64,000 nucleotides of DNA from an uncultured Bdellovibrionales bacterium (GTDB lineage Bacteria; Patescibacteriota; Minisyncoccia; Moranbacterales; JAKLHP01), in the NCBI GenBank assembly GCA_964440305.1, contig CAYTRS010000002.1, forward strand, positions 4,048 to 68,047. The letters run 5' to 3'. The stretch's first letter is position 1; each line of letters opens with the position of its first letter. Below the pieces are notes generated by a model. It made no database searches and was not told the origin of the DNA. It saw only the letters and a program-made list of their open reading frames with translations. The translations under genes were made by a program, and so were the position numbers. Shown here in pieces: positions 40,954 to 50,087 of the stretch.

Positions 40954-42540
40954 TTATTTTGTTCCTTCAATATCAGCCACAATTTTATCAATTGAAATAC
41001 GCAGTTCATTTTGCCTTGCGACAATCTGAGCAATTTTTGAGTTGAGAGAAGTGATGTCCACCACCTCACGCATGTCCTCCCTCACAACATAGCTTGATAC
41101 AGCGATATTGTAGTCGTTCTCAGTAATAGCTTTGTTTTCAACAAGTTTGGTAAAATAGTCTGTGTCTTTACGAGTCGTAAACGCTTCCAAAATCTTGAGG
41201 CGATTTGCCTCGCTCAATTTGTTTTTATTGCCACCACGAACAAATTCGGCAGATGCATCAATAAAAAGTGTTTTATTATCCTTCTTACTTTTTTTGAGAA
41301 CGATGATGCAGGTGGCGATAGTAGTGCCGAAAAAGAGATCAGGCGGCAGTTGAATGACCGCATCAACATAATTATTGTCTATCAGATACTTTCGAATTTT
41401 ACCCTCTGCACCACCACGATAAAGAACGCCAGGAAATTCAACAATCGCCGCCGTTCCGCTCGTTGATAGCCATGCAAGCATATGCATGGTAAAAGCGAGG
41501 TCGGCTTTGCTCTTTGGTGCTAATACTCCTGCTGGCGAGAAACGAGGATCGTTAATGAGAAGAGGATTCGCGTCACCCTCCCAATGAATTGAATACGGCG
41601 GATTGGAAACGATAGCATCAAACGGCTCGTCATCCCAATGCTTTGGATCTATGAGTGTATCACCGTGAGCAATATCAAAATTGTTGTAGTTGATGTCGTG
41701 CAGGAACATGTTAATACGACAAAGATTGTAGGTGGTGAGGTTAATTTCCTGTCCAAAAAAGCCTTGCCTAACATTTTCTCTGCCTAGGACCTTGGCAAAC
41801 TTGAGAAGCAAGGAGCCAGAACCACAAGCTGGATCATAGACCTTGTTCACTTCTTTTTTGCCAACCGTTGTGATTTCAGCCAGAAGTTCACTGACTTCCT
41901 GGGGAGTATAAAATTCACCACCAGACTTACCGGCGTTTGAAGCATACATGGTCATCAAAAACTCATACGCATCACCGAAAGCATCTATGGTATTGTCTGA
42001 ATAGTCACCAAGTCGTAGATCGCCAATAGATTCAAAAAGTTTTGTAAGTTTCTGATTTCTTTTTTCTACCGTACCACCAAGTTTATTGGAATTTACATCA
42101 AGATCTGCAAACAACCCTTTGATGTCATCTTCGCTGTCTGCACCCTTTGCGGAATTTTCAATATTTCTAAAAACGGCGGTAAGCGTTTCGTTAAGATTGG
42201 CATCATTACGAGCGTTCTTACGAACATTAATAAAAAGCTCACTCGGTAAAATATAAAACCCTTTTTCTACTACGGTATCGGATCGACCGAACTCTGCTTC
42301 TTTATTGGAAAGTGTGGCATAGTCAAAATCTTTTTTACCAGCACGATGTTCTTCAGTATTAATATGATTGGTCAAATTCTCACTTATGAAGCGATAAAAG
42401 AGTATTCCAAGCACATACTGCTTAAAGTCCCAACCGTCCACGCTTCCACGCAAATCATTGGCAATCTGCCAAATAGCACGATGTAATTCTGAGCGCTCTT
42501 GCTCCTTGGTCATGTTCAAATCTTTATCTTTTTTGCTCAT
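40954..42540 (-). CDS. hsdM: Type I methyltransferase subunit
   Basis: IANDLRGSVDGWDFK, GEFYTP, YDPACGSGSLL, NPPY; start taken at ATG 42540. Confidence 0.97.
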   Translation of the reverse strand: MSKKDKDLNMTKEQERSELHRAIWQIANDLRGSVDGWDFKQYVLGILFYRFISENLTNHINTEEHRAGKKDFDYATLSNKEAEFGRSDTVVEKGFYILPSELFINVRKNARNDANLNETLTAVFRNIENSAKGADSEDDIKGLFADLDVNSNKLGGTVEKRNQKLTKLFESIGDLRLGDYSDNTIDAFGDAYEFLMTMYASNAGKSGGEFYTPQEVSELLAEITTVGKKEVNKVYDPACGSGSLLLKFAKVLGRENVRQGFFGQEINLTTYNLCRINMFLHDINYNNFDIAHGDTLIDPKHWDDEPFDAIVSNPPYSIHWEGDANPLLINDPRFSPAGVLAPKSKADLAFTMHMLAWLSTSGTAAIVEFPGVLYRGGAEGKIRKYLIDNNYVDAVIQLPPDLFFGTTIATCIIVLKKSKKDNKTLFIDASAEFVRGGNKNKLSEANRLKILEAFTTRKDTDYFTKLVENKAITENDYNIAVSSYVVREDMREVVDITSLNSKIAQIVARQNELRISIDKIVADIEGTK

Positions 42541-42599
42541 AAAATTATTTTTTTCTAAACGCAAATTAACAACGCGTCTCTCGTCATTTCAATATTTTA

Positions 42600-42628
42600 A
42601 TAATACTCCCGAACGACGATAAAGTAAA
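42600..42628 (-). promoter_or_regulatory. Sigma70-like promoter for hsdMSR
   Basis: TTTACT-N17-TATTAT; -35 supplied by the boundary repeat, as at 31310-31338. Confidence 0.6.
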
Positions 42629-42688
42629 GAAAAACAGCCCTTATTCGGCCAAATTCGGTCCAACGGGCGATTTTTATGCCGAAAGGGT
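42623..42688 (+). repeat. Module-boundary repeat, copy 4
   Basis: AGTAAAGAAAAACAGCCCTTATTCGGCCAAATTCGGTCCAACGGGCGATTTTTATGCCGAAAGGGT. Confidence 0.8.
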
Positions 42689-42747
42689 GCAACTACCCCG
42701 AAGCCGGGATTCTTTCTGCCACGCCCTCAATTTTTCCTTCAGCCCTT

Positions 42748-44712
42748 TTACCTGTATTCTTCCAAAAATTCCAGCATTTCTTTCTGCTCGGCAAGAGCTT
42801 CTTTGGCTGAATTTTCGACGGATGCGAGCATGCCTTCAAAAGCCGTCTTATTTTCCATTACGGTTATATCTAGCAAATGCTTCCGAGCCTTCTTGACGTG
42901 AAAAAGTGTTTTGTCGCACATTTCCTGAATCACTTCGTACCAAAATATTTTTTGCAATTCCTTGATTTCTTTTTTCAGATCCAATTCTTTTGTGCTTTTG
43001 TTTCCCCTTCGTCTTGAATGCTTCTTCAAAACCGCCACCACCGTCGGGCTCAGCTGTCCTTTTTTGAGATCATCTTCCCAGTCATGTGCGTCATCATTGA
43101 GCTGCCGGGCGATTATATAATTTTCAAAAAATGCCATCAGCTTTTTTATTTCTGAAGATTCGACATTTCCGATACGAAGATACAGCACGGCCACTGGTCC
43201 TAGTGCATGGCCGATGGAACGATCGGCAAGTCTTTCCAATTTTCCAAAATCAGGCAATTGATTTGGGATCGTCACATGTGATCCGGATATTTTCGCCCGG
43301 CAGTTACTCGTCTCCCAAGCATTGGCCGAATCAATCCTATCCATCGTGTTCTTGAAAAATTGCAAAAATTTTTCATTCTTCGCAAAATTATCGCCGTATA
43401 TTGATGTCAGTTCACGAAGGCAGATATTGGCCAAGGAAAGAAGTTCCCGATTACCCTCGCCATCAAAAAAGTCATCATATATCGTGTATGCCATCCAGCC
43501 ATAGAGACTGGCTGCTCCCAACTCCACCAAGATATTTTCATTCACGGCCTTATTGTTCTTCAATGATTTTTGAAAATAATATGGCAAGAGCGTTATTTGA
43601 TTTGCCCTGTCTCCTTTCAATATCTTTTTTCTGACAGCCAAAAATTTTTCATTGAGCTCAGGGTTGAAATTGGAGAACCTTCGGTCGGTAAAATTGATTA
43701 TTTTCCTGTGTATCTTTTTCGGCTTGTCGTCTATTCCTGCTTTTCGTTTGTTTTCTATCAATTTATCTTTAGCTGAAAATTTCCCCAAAGCCTCTAGGCA
43801 GAATGCTGTTGTAAGCTCTGCGCTGCCTGAATAATGTTTTTGTTTATTTTTAACCAATTCAATTATCAACGGGCATGCCCGCCATTCCCCCTCAATTTGA
43901 TTTTTTAATATATACCCGATGCTTTTCTCTAGTTTTTCTTTTTCGTATCCGAAGTTAATAAGCGCACTGACAGCCAAAGCGGTTTCCAAGGGATTGCCCC
44001 AGGAATCATTCTCAAGCCTCTTTTTCAAAAGGTATGAGATTATTTTGTCTTTCTTCTTTCCCTTGTACCAGCGGGAAATAAAATAAATGACAGAATATTG
44101 AGAATGGTAATACGGAGAAGCGTATTCTCCGGAATCAATCGCTTTTTCAGTGAGCGCGATCAGGCTTTTCAAGGTCACTTCCTGAAGCGAAAGAAAAAAA
44201 GCGATGTTACTGTTGACCGCTAAATCAATGTCTTTCCAGCCCTTGTCCGCATCCGGCGGAGTAAGCCAGCTATAATACGGCCCGCCCTCTTTGCTTTCGC
44301 AAAATGTGAGCAAATTGACGACCTTGGAAACCGCTTTGATAGAAATGCTTTTTGGATCATGCTTAATCAGCGCAACCATGGCGCAACAAGTATCATCCAA
44401 GTCGTCCGGGTACGGCGCGTCCTTGCTTTCAGGGGAATTTCTTTTCCAATAATTCCATGACCAAAAATCGCTTTTTTGACTCAGCAGAAATTTTGCGGAT
44501 TTGCTTTTTACCTTCCCGAGAACCTTTGACTGAGGAAGACTGTCAAGACTCGCCAGGATCAGGCATGCCGGAAATATGGATCGGTTCTCTTTGGGATTTT
44601 CAAAACGCTTCGAGACTGAAATGAAATTGGAAAAACTCCCGTCTTCCTTTTGGGTGCGGGACAGATACTTGATGCCTGATTTTATCGCTTCGCTTACATC
44701 GCTATGATTCAT
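42748..44712 (-). CDS. Fused class II terpene-cyclase-like domain and class I isoprenoid synthase/prenyltransferase-like domain
   Basis: Start MNHSDV at 44712 overlaps the kinase stop. QW-like repeats (YLSRTQKEDGSF, YILKNQIEGEW), PDDLDDT, then IYDDFFD and RQLNDDAHDWEDD. Confidence 0.8.
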   Translation of the reverse strand: MNHSDVSEAIKSGIKYLSRTQKEDGSFSNFISVSKRFENPKENRSIFPACLILASLDSLPQSKVLGKVKSKSAKFLLSQKSDFWSWNYWKRNSPESKDAPYPDDLDDTCCAMVALIKHDPKSISIKAVSKVVNLLTFCESKEGGPYYSWLTPPDADKGWKDIDLAVNSNIAFFLSLQEVTLKSLIALTEKAIDSGEYASPYYHSQYSVIYFISRWYKGKKKDKIISYLLKKRLENDSWGNPLETALAVSALINFGYEKEKLEKSIGYILKNQIEGEWRACPLIIELVKNKQKHYSGSAELTTAFCLEALGKFSAKDKLIENKRKAGIDDKPKKIHRKIINFTDRRFSNFNPELNEKFLAVRKKILKGDRANQITLLPYYFQKSLKNNKAVNENILVELGAASLYGWMAYTIYDDFFDGEGNRELLSLANICLRELTSIYGDNFAKNEKFLQFFKNTMDRIDSANAWETSNCRAKISGSHVTIPNQLPDFGKLERLADRSIGHALGPVAVLYLRIGNVESSEIKKLMAFFENYIIARQLNDDAHDWEDDLKKGQLSPTVVAVLKKHSRRRGNKSTKELDLKKEIKELQKIFWYEVIQEMCDKTLFHVKKARKHLLDITVMENKTAFEGMLASVENSAKEALAEQKEMLEFLEEYR

Positions 44713-46123
44713 CTCTAATTGGAATTTCAATGATAAATTTGCTGCCCTGTCCCCAGACGCTCTCAACCTTGATTGTTCCGCCAAAATCATTCTCGACTAT
44801 GTTTTTGACTGTCGTAAGTCCGATTCCGGTTCCCTTTTGCGGACCCTTGGTGGTAAAAAACGGCTCGAATATTTTTTCTTGAATATCTTCGGAAATTCCG
44901 CCGGCCCAGTCTTCAATGGAGATAATCGCCTTTTTGCCGAGCCTGTCCAATTTTACATCTATTTCTTTTTCCCCTTCATCGCTTATTTCATAAGCATCCA
45001 AGGCGTTGAGAATAATATTGATTATCACATGGTTGAACCTCACATCGTTCCCGTAAGTGATGATATCGAAGTCGCCTTTCAAATTTATTTTGACTTTTTC
45101 TGTCGTTAATTTGTAATTTAACAGTTTGGTGATATTTAAAATTTCTTTTTTCATGGAAAACAATGAATCCACTTTTTGATTTTGAAATTGTTTTTTGACG
45201 GCTTCGATATATTCCACCAATAAATCTTTGGTTTCATTGGCTTGTTTCAGATATTCTTTCGTCTGAGTATGCTCCTTCTCGCCAGCATCATTGGCTTTTT
45301 CGATATCAAAAAACAAAAATGTTATATGATTTATCAAATCGTGGAAAAGTCCGGAGGAAATTTTTCCGAACTCGATAAACCTGGCTGTCTGGTTTATTTT
45401 TTCCATTTGGGATTTTTCCAATTCTTTTGTTCTTTCTTGAACTCTCACTTCCAGCGTATCCCTTTCTTCCTTAAGCTCCGCCTCGGATTTTCTAGCGCGC
45501 TTCAATGATCTTTCGATTTCGCGGTTCGACAACCATGAAACGACGGCGATAATGGAAAATATTATAGAATGCCCGATAGGGTCGTTCATTTGAAATAATT
45601 CTGTCTTCCAATAAACTTTAGGGGAAATAATGTGATTCAACTGAAGATAACCAAGAATAAGAGTCACCAAAAGAATAATAAAATTTATCTCAAAAGCGAA
45701 TCGGGTACTGATAAGTATTCCTGATATTACTATCAGAAGGGCAAAAGTCAGTAATGCCATAGGTAAATCTACGCCCCATACATACACGGCATAACTCGCC
45801 GTAATCAAATAAGCATAAACGAAAATATAAGAAGCGATAACAAAAAATCCCTTTCTTGAAAGATAGTGCAAGAACACAAAAAAACAGAACAGCACCAGGG
45901 GCACCAGAGGAGAAATCGCTCTGTCATTATGCCTGACCAAAGAATGGTATAACGAAAAAAGGCTGAATACGCAAAAGAGAACACTTGATCCTGACACTAT
46001 AACATTAAAAATGAACTCTTGACGTTTCAAATCTTCTCCGTTCGATTTCGGTAATAAAAGTTTTCCATATAAAAAACGAGTAACCATAATTAAAAAGCTA
46101 TACTTTCCCTCCTCTTTTGACAT
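44702..46123 (-). CDS. Membrane sensor histidine kinase
   Basis: Likely start MSKEEGK at 46123; ~6 TM helices, H-box FHDLINH, NIILNALDA, DWAGGI, IFEPFFTTK, GTGIGL. Confidence 0.93.
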   Translation of the reverse strand: MSKEEGKYSFLIMVTRFLYGKLLLPKSNGEDLKRQEFIFNVIVSGSSVLFCVFSLFSLYHSLVRHNDRAISPLVPLVLFCFFVFLHYLSRKGFFVIASYIFVYAYLITASYAVYVWGVDLPMALLTFALLIVISGILISTRFAFEINFIILLVTLILGYLQLNHIISPKVYWKTELFQMNDPIGHSIIFSIIAVVSWLSNREIERSLKRARKSEAELKEERDTLEVRVQERTKELEKSQMEKINQTARFIEFGKISSGLFHDLINHITFLFFDIEKANDAGEKEHTQTKEYLKQANETKDLLVEYIEAVKKQFQNQKVDSLFSMKKEILNITKLLNYKLTTEKVKINLKGDFDIITYGNDVRFNHVIINIILNALDAYEISDEGEKEIDVKLDRLGKKAIISIEDWAGGISEDIQEKIFEPFFTTKGPQKGTGIGLTTVKNIVENDFGGTIKVESVWGQGSKFIIEIPIRDES

Positions 46124-46142
46124 ATGGTTACTCGTTAAATAT

Positions 46143-46262
46143 CTAAGCGACATCAGTCCACGGATTTGCGACACTGGCCATTGAAACAACAAAAGCGCTC
46201 AATGCCACCGCCCTCCTGATCTTCTTGCACATTAGAATTTTTTTTATGATTTTCTTTTTCAT
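46143..46262 (-). CDS. 39-aa exported peptide precursor (candidate pheromone)
   Basis: Hand-translated MKKKIIKKILMCKKIRRAVALSAFVVSMASVANPWTDVA*, below the ORF-track cutoff. Basic n-region, hydrophobic core, S-V-A site, own promoter. Confidence 0.7.
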   Translation of the reverse strand: MKKKIIKKILMCKKIRRAVALSAFVVSMASVANPWTDVA

Positions 46263-46325
46263 TTCTTTTTTCGTTTAGGTTTTGATAAAAAATAATCCCT
46301 CGACCTGGAATTATAGCCTGCCTGA

Positions 46326-46369
46326 ATTATATCAAAATCAGGTAAAGAAAAAGTAAAGGAATTGTAAAG
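46326..46369 (-). promoter_or_regulatory. Promoter with three CTTTAC direct repeats and an extended -10
   Basis: GTAAAG on + at 46342, 46353, 46364 (11-bp period); TGATATAAT 10 nt downstream on the minus strand. Confidence 0.75.
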
Positions 46370-46370
46370 A

Positions 46371-47042
46371 CTATTCCGGCTCCATTTTATATCCCCTGCC
46401 GTTGACTGTCTGAATGATGCTTGTTTTCCTTCCGCCGTCTATCTTGGCGCGCAGATTCCTGACATGCGATTTCAAAGTCTGAGAAAAAGAATCCAATTCC
46501 ATATCCCACACGTGCTCCATTATATCTATTTGCGTCAATGTTCGTCCGGCATTCTTGGCCAGATACTCGAGAAGCATGAATTCTTTTCGTGTCAAACCGA
46601 TGTTCTTTTTTCCCCGCGTCACTTCGTGATTATTGGTGTTAATAATCAAATCACCGATCTTTATCACTTCTTCGGTCGAAACGGTTGGGCGACGAAGCAA
46701 TGCTTTTACTCTCGACAAAAGCTCCCGAAAAGAAAAAGGTTTGGTCAGATAATCGTCCGCGCCGTTGTCCAAGAGATCCACTTTAGTCGTTATATCCGAA
46801 AGCGCCGAAAGCATTATAATTTTTACCCCTTTCTTTTTCTCGCGAATCTCCCTACAGACTTCCAACCCGTTTTTCTTCGGCAACACGTTATCCAGAACGA
46901 TCAAGTCATAATCGTTGCAGCGGCCGAGGTACGCGCCCTTCTCACCGTCCGTCGCTACATCGACGGCAAAAAGCTCCGCCTCGAGATTGTTCTTGAGAAA
47001 GTCGGAAATTTTCGGATCATCATCTATAACCAAAATTCGCAT
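46371..47042 (-). CDS. OmpR/PhoB-family response regulator
   Basis: ILVIDDD, DLIVLD, GADDYLTKPF, LTRKEFMLLEYL, IQTVNGRGY. Confidence 0.95.
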   Translation of the reverse strand: MRILVIDDDPKISDFLKNNLEAELFAVDVATDGEKGAYLGRCNDYDLIVLDNVLPKKNGLEVCREIREKKKGVKIIMLSALSDITTKVDLLDNGADDYLTKPFSFRELLSRVKALLRRPTVSTEEVIKIGDLIINTNNHEVTRGKKNIGLTRKEFMLLEYLAKNAGRTLTQIDIMEHVWDMELDSFSQTLKSHVRNLRAKIDGGRKTSIIQTVNGRGYKMEPE

Positions 47043-47173
47043 ACCTTTGGAATGCTTAATGTTTCACTGGACAGCTATATTCTAAAGTCTAATATTAATT
47101 TTCTCACATTAGTTAAGTAATCTGCATAAGAAATTATTTTAGACAAATTTCGTGACAAATATTCAATCTTACT

Positions 47174-47521
47174 TTATCTTTTCATGTTTCTTTCGGATCT
47201 TCTTTCTCGTATGCGCACTATATTTTCTTCTCTTCTTGACAAGTATCGGCCGCCTATAATGGTAATTGCGGCAATACTGATTGATACACCTACTAAAATA
47301 AAAAATACCGTGAACAAGCGGCTCATTTCACTGGTAGGATGTAAATCTCCATAGCCAACAGTAGTTAGTGTTGCAACAGTGAAATATAGAGCATCTATCC
47401 ATGTCCACTTTTCCAGAAAATGATAAGCAACAGTCCCAATTATCAACAGCGAAGCTAACGCGCTGGCAGCAGCGATAAAATATGTGCTGATTTTCACATT
47501 TTCTTCGGTGTTTTTTTTCAT
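47174..47521 (-). CDS. Two-TM potassium channel (Ion_trans_2)
   Basis: DALYFTVATLTTVGYGD selectivity filter. Confidence 0.92.
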   Translation of the reverse strand: MKKNTEENVKISTYFIAAASALASLLIIGTVAYHFLEKWTWIDALYFTVATLTTVGYGDLHPTSEMSRLFTVFFILVGVSISIAAITIIGGRYLSRREENIVRIRERRSERNMKR

Positions 47522-47586
47522 ATGATAGACAATAATACAATCACGGAATCTTTTTATTGATTTAATTATATCACAAACTTGCCAGC

Positions 47587-48300
47587 TTATCCTTTTAACG
47601 ATTCATCCCCGTCATTAAAACCGACTCGTATATGAGTAGCATCACAAAACGGCTTATTCGCAGACTTGCCGCAACGGCAAAGTGTTACGCGATTTCTTTT
47701 TTCATAAATATGCCCGTCCGATGATTCCACCTGCACTTTTCCTTTGACCCAAATCGGTCCACTGGCTTGAGCTTGGGGATCTTCTACGACACTTAATGAT
47801 TCATTAAATTCAGGTTCGTAAGCTTTTTTTGTTTTTTTATCCCAAGTCACCAGTCTGCCCGAAGGACAATTGCAAGATTGTCCTATTGCCATTTTTTTCT
47901 TCTGCGGGTCATTGGAATTTTCCGTAAGATTCCATGTGCCTTCTTTTCTGTCGCAAAAACGTCCGCTGGAACAAAGGCTTTGTACGTCGGTAAGCTCAAG
48001 TTCCGGACCTTCTATTTTCAAATCCACCTGCTCAAGATATTTTTTTCTGCCAGCCGTTTCTGTCCCGTCAAAGTTGTCAGCCACGTGCGAACCATCGCAA
48101 TATGGTTTGTTTTTTGATTTTCCGCAACGGCAGAGAGCGTATGCTTCCTGATCTGGATATTTTTCCCCTTTTTTCCACTCGTAGGAAAAACCTTCCTCGT
48201 CAGGCATAATTATTTCTTTTTCCAAAGGCAATTTTCCCGAAACAATATACGGTCCGTTCTTCGAAATAACGACCTTTCCTTTTTTAATTTCTTTTTTCAT
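47587..48300 (-). CDS. CDGSH iron-sulfur domain protein
   Basis: Two LCRCGKSxNKPxCDxxH motifs and a central Cys cluster (CSSGRFC, CPSG). Confidence 0.9.
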   Translation of the reverse strand: MKKEIKKGKVVISKNGPYIVSGKLPLEKEIIMPDEEGFSYEWKKGEKYPDQEAYALCRCGKSKNKPYCDGSHVADNFDGTETAGRKKYLEQVDLKIEGPELELTDVQSLCSSGRFCDRKEGTWNLTENSNDPQKKKMAIGQSCNCPSGRLVTWDKKTKKAYEPEFNESLSVVEDPQAQASGPIWVKGKVQVESSDGHIYEKRNRVTLCRCGKSANKPFCDATHIRVGFNDGDESLKG

Positions 48301-48426
48301 ACTTCTGCCTTTTTAATTGATTAAAATTTATTGATACAGCTTATGCGCTAACTACATCTCGTTTTGTGAGCTGGCGACAGATTCCGTAAACTGATCTATT
48401 TGCTGACTTCAATTCAAATTTTTATT

Positions 48427-48846
48427 TCATCTAATCTTTTCTTTAATTTCAGCCAAATCAACAGCCATTTTTTTAATTTCTTTTTTGATGTTTTCCACCT
48501 CTTCCATTTCCTCTTGAATTTCGATTTCAGTTTTTTCAGTGATTTTCTTTTCTCCTTTAATCCCAGAAATAATTATTTCATTTCCGATAAATGTTGAGAC
48601 CATGAGCCCTGTGAGAAGAAGAATAAATATCCCAATTAATACAGAAAGGGGTCCATCCCACCAAGGAGAATCTGTAATCGGTTGCTTGTTCAAAAAACCG
48701 ACAATCGCATCCATCGTATGCCAGATTCCTCTCCAAAATATAACCACCCCCATTCCACCGACTAAAGCATAAAAAATCGGACTATGACTCAGCCAAGCCC
48801 TTATTTTGTCTTCAAATTTATCAAAAAATTTTATTACTTCTTTCAT
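48427..48846 (-). CDS. Two-TM hypothetical membrane protein
   Basis: 139 aa, FWRGIWH motif, C-terminal coiled coil. Confidence 0.75.
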   Translation of the reverse strand: MKEVIKFFDKFEDKIRAWLSHSPIFYALVGGMGVVIFWRGIWHTMDAIVGFLNKQPITDSPWWDGPLSVLIGIFILLLTGLMVSTFIGNEIIISGIKGEKKITEKTEIEIQEEMEEVENIKKEIKKMAVDLAEIKEKIR

Positions 48847-49043
48847 TTTTTTAACAACTTAAATAAATTTTTGGAGAAGTTCTACTGCACACAAAAGTTA
48901 ATTTAGTATCTGATAAATCTTGAGTTTTTTTGTTTCTTTCCTGAATTTTTTCCAAAAATGCAATCCCCTTCTTCTTCATCAGAAGTCCGTATTTTTTTCT
49001 AAGCTGTAAATATTTTTTAACGCTTTATTTAATGAGTCTATGT

Positions 49044-50087
49044 TTATTGCTCGGCTATAATTTTCTCGTAAACTGAAACATAATCCTCGGCCATTTTTTC
49101 CGAAGAAAAATTTTTCTTAACATGTTCGAAGCAAGCTTTTCGGTCGATCTCGCCAACTCTTTTTATTTTCTCCGCCATCTCGTCCACACTATCACAAATA
49201 AAGCCGGTTTTTTCGTCTATTACAATTTCCGGAACCGATCCTCGTCTCATTGCAAATACTGGCGCTCCGCAAGCCATCGCTTCGGTAAAAAACAAACCGA
49301 AAGGTTCTTCCCATTGAATCGGAGCAATCAAAGCCTTGGCATTTCCGAGAAGCTCCACTTTTTCTTCGTGGTCAACTTCCCCGATAAATTTAATTCGCTC
49401 TCCATCAATCAGTGGTTCCACTTCTTTTTTAAAATATTCTTCGTCAACTAAATCAACTTTGGCTGCCATAATTAGTTTTACCCCAGCTTTTTTTGCCACT
49501 TCTATAGCCTGAACCGGTCCTTTTTCTGGGGACATTCTGCCAAGAAACGCAAAATAATCTTTTGGCTTGTAATTTTGCTTGAATTTTTCCATATCCAGAC
49601 CGTTGTAAGCGTTAGCCACGAAATTGAGTTCGGGCATCGGTTTTCTCTGATTCATGCTGATACTTATGTAATTTGCCTGACTGAATTCGCCGTAAACTTT
49701 TTGCTGATAAGGAACATCCAGTGGCCCGTGAAGAGTTGTAACCACTGGACATTTGATAATTTTTTCAAAAGGAAGCAATCGCCAGCCTATATGATTATGA
49801 ACAATATCAAAATTATTCCCGTTCAAATATGTAACCACTTTTCCTATTCCCATAAACTTATATGCTTCTCTCAGTTTCATATCGGTAAGATCGGGAATAC
49901 TTCGGAGTGATCTCTTGAAAATAATTTCCAACTTGGCGCTTGTTTGGGAATCTCCGGTTGCGATAAGAGTAACGTTATGACCCGTCTTAACCAGCTGTTC
50001 CGTTAAATTATAGACGACGAGTTCCGTTCCGCCATATTTATGCGGAGGGACTCTTTCCTCAAATGGCGCTACTATTGCAATTTTCAT
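49044..50087 (-). CDS. Glycosyltransferase family 4
   Basis: PPHKYGGTE, GRMSPEKG, EPFGLFFTEAMACG. Confidence 0.92.
   Translation of the reverse strand: MKIAIVAPFEERVPPHKYGGTELVVYNLTEQLVKTGHNVTLIATGDSQTSAKLEIIFKRSLRSIPDLTDMKLREAYKFMGIGKVVTYLNGNNFDIVHNHIGWRLLPFEKIIKCPVVTTLHGPLDVPYQQKVYGEFSQANYISISMNQRKPMPELNFVANAYNGLDMEKFKQNYKPKDYFAFLGRMSPEKGPVQAIEVAKKAGVKLIMAAKVDLVDEEYFKKEVEPLIDGERIKFIGEVDHEEKVELLGNAKALIAPIQWEEPFGLFFTEAMACGAPVFAMRRGSVPEIVIDEKTGFICDSVDEMAEKIKRVGEIDRKACFEHVKKNFSSEKMAEDYVSVYEKIIAEQ

Noticed and set aside
23822-42688. Boundary repeats as a CRISPR array or classical integron attC sites
   Set aside because: They are kilobases apart, no cas or intI gene is present, and I saw no RYYYAAC/GTTRRRY ends.
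44713-44790. N-terminal extension of the terpenoid enzyme
   Set aside because: It lies inside the kinase gene; ATG 44712 gives a normal short overlap.
46124-46192. N-terminal extension of the kinase given by the ORF track
   Set aside because: It uses a non-ATG start and overlaps the peptide ORF; ATG 46123 fits better.
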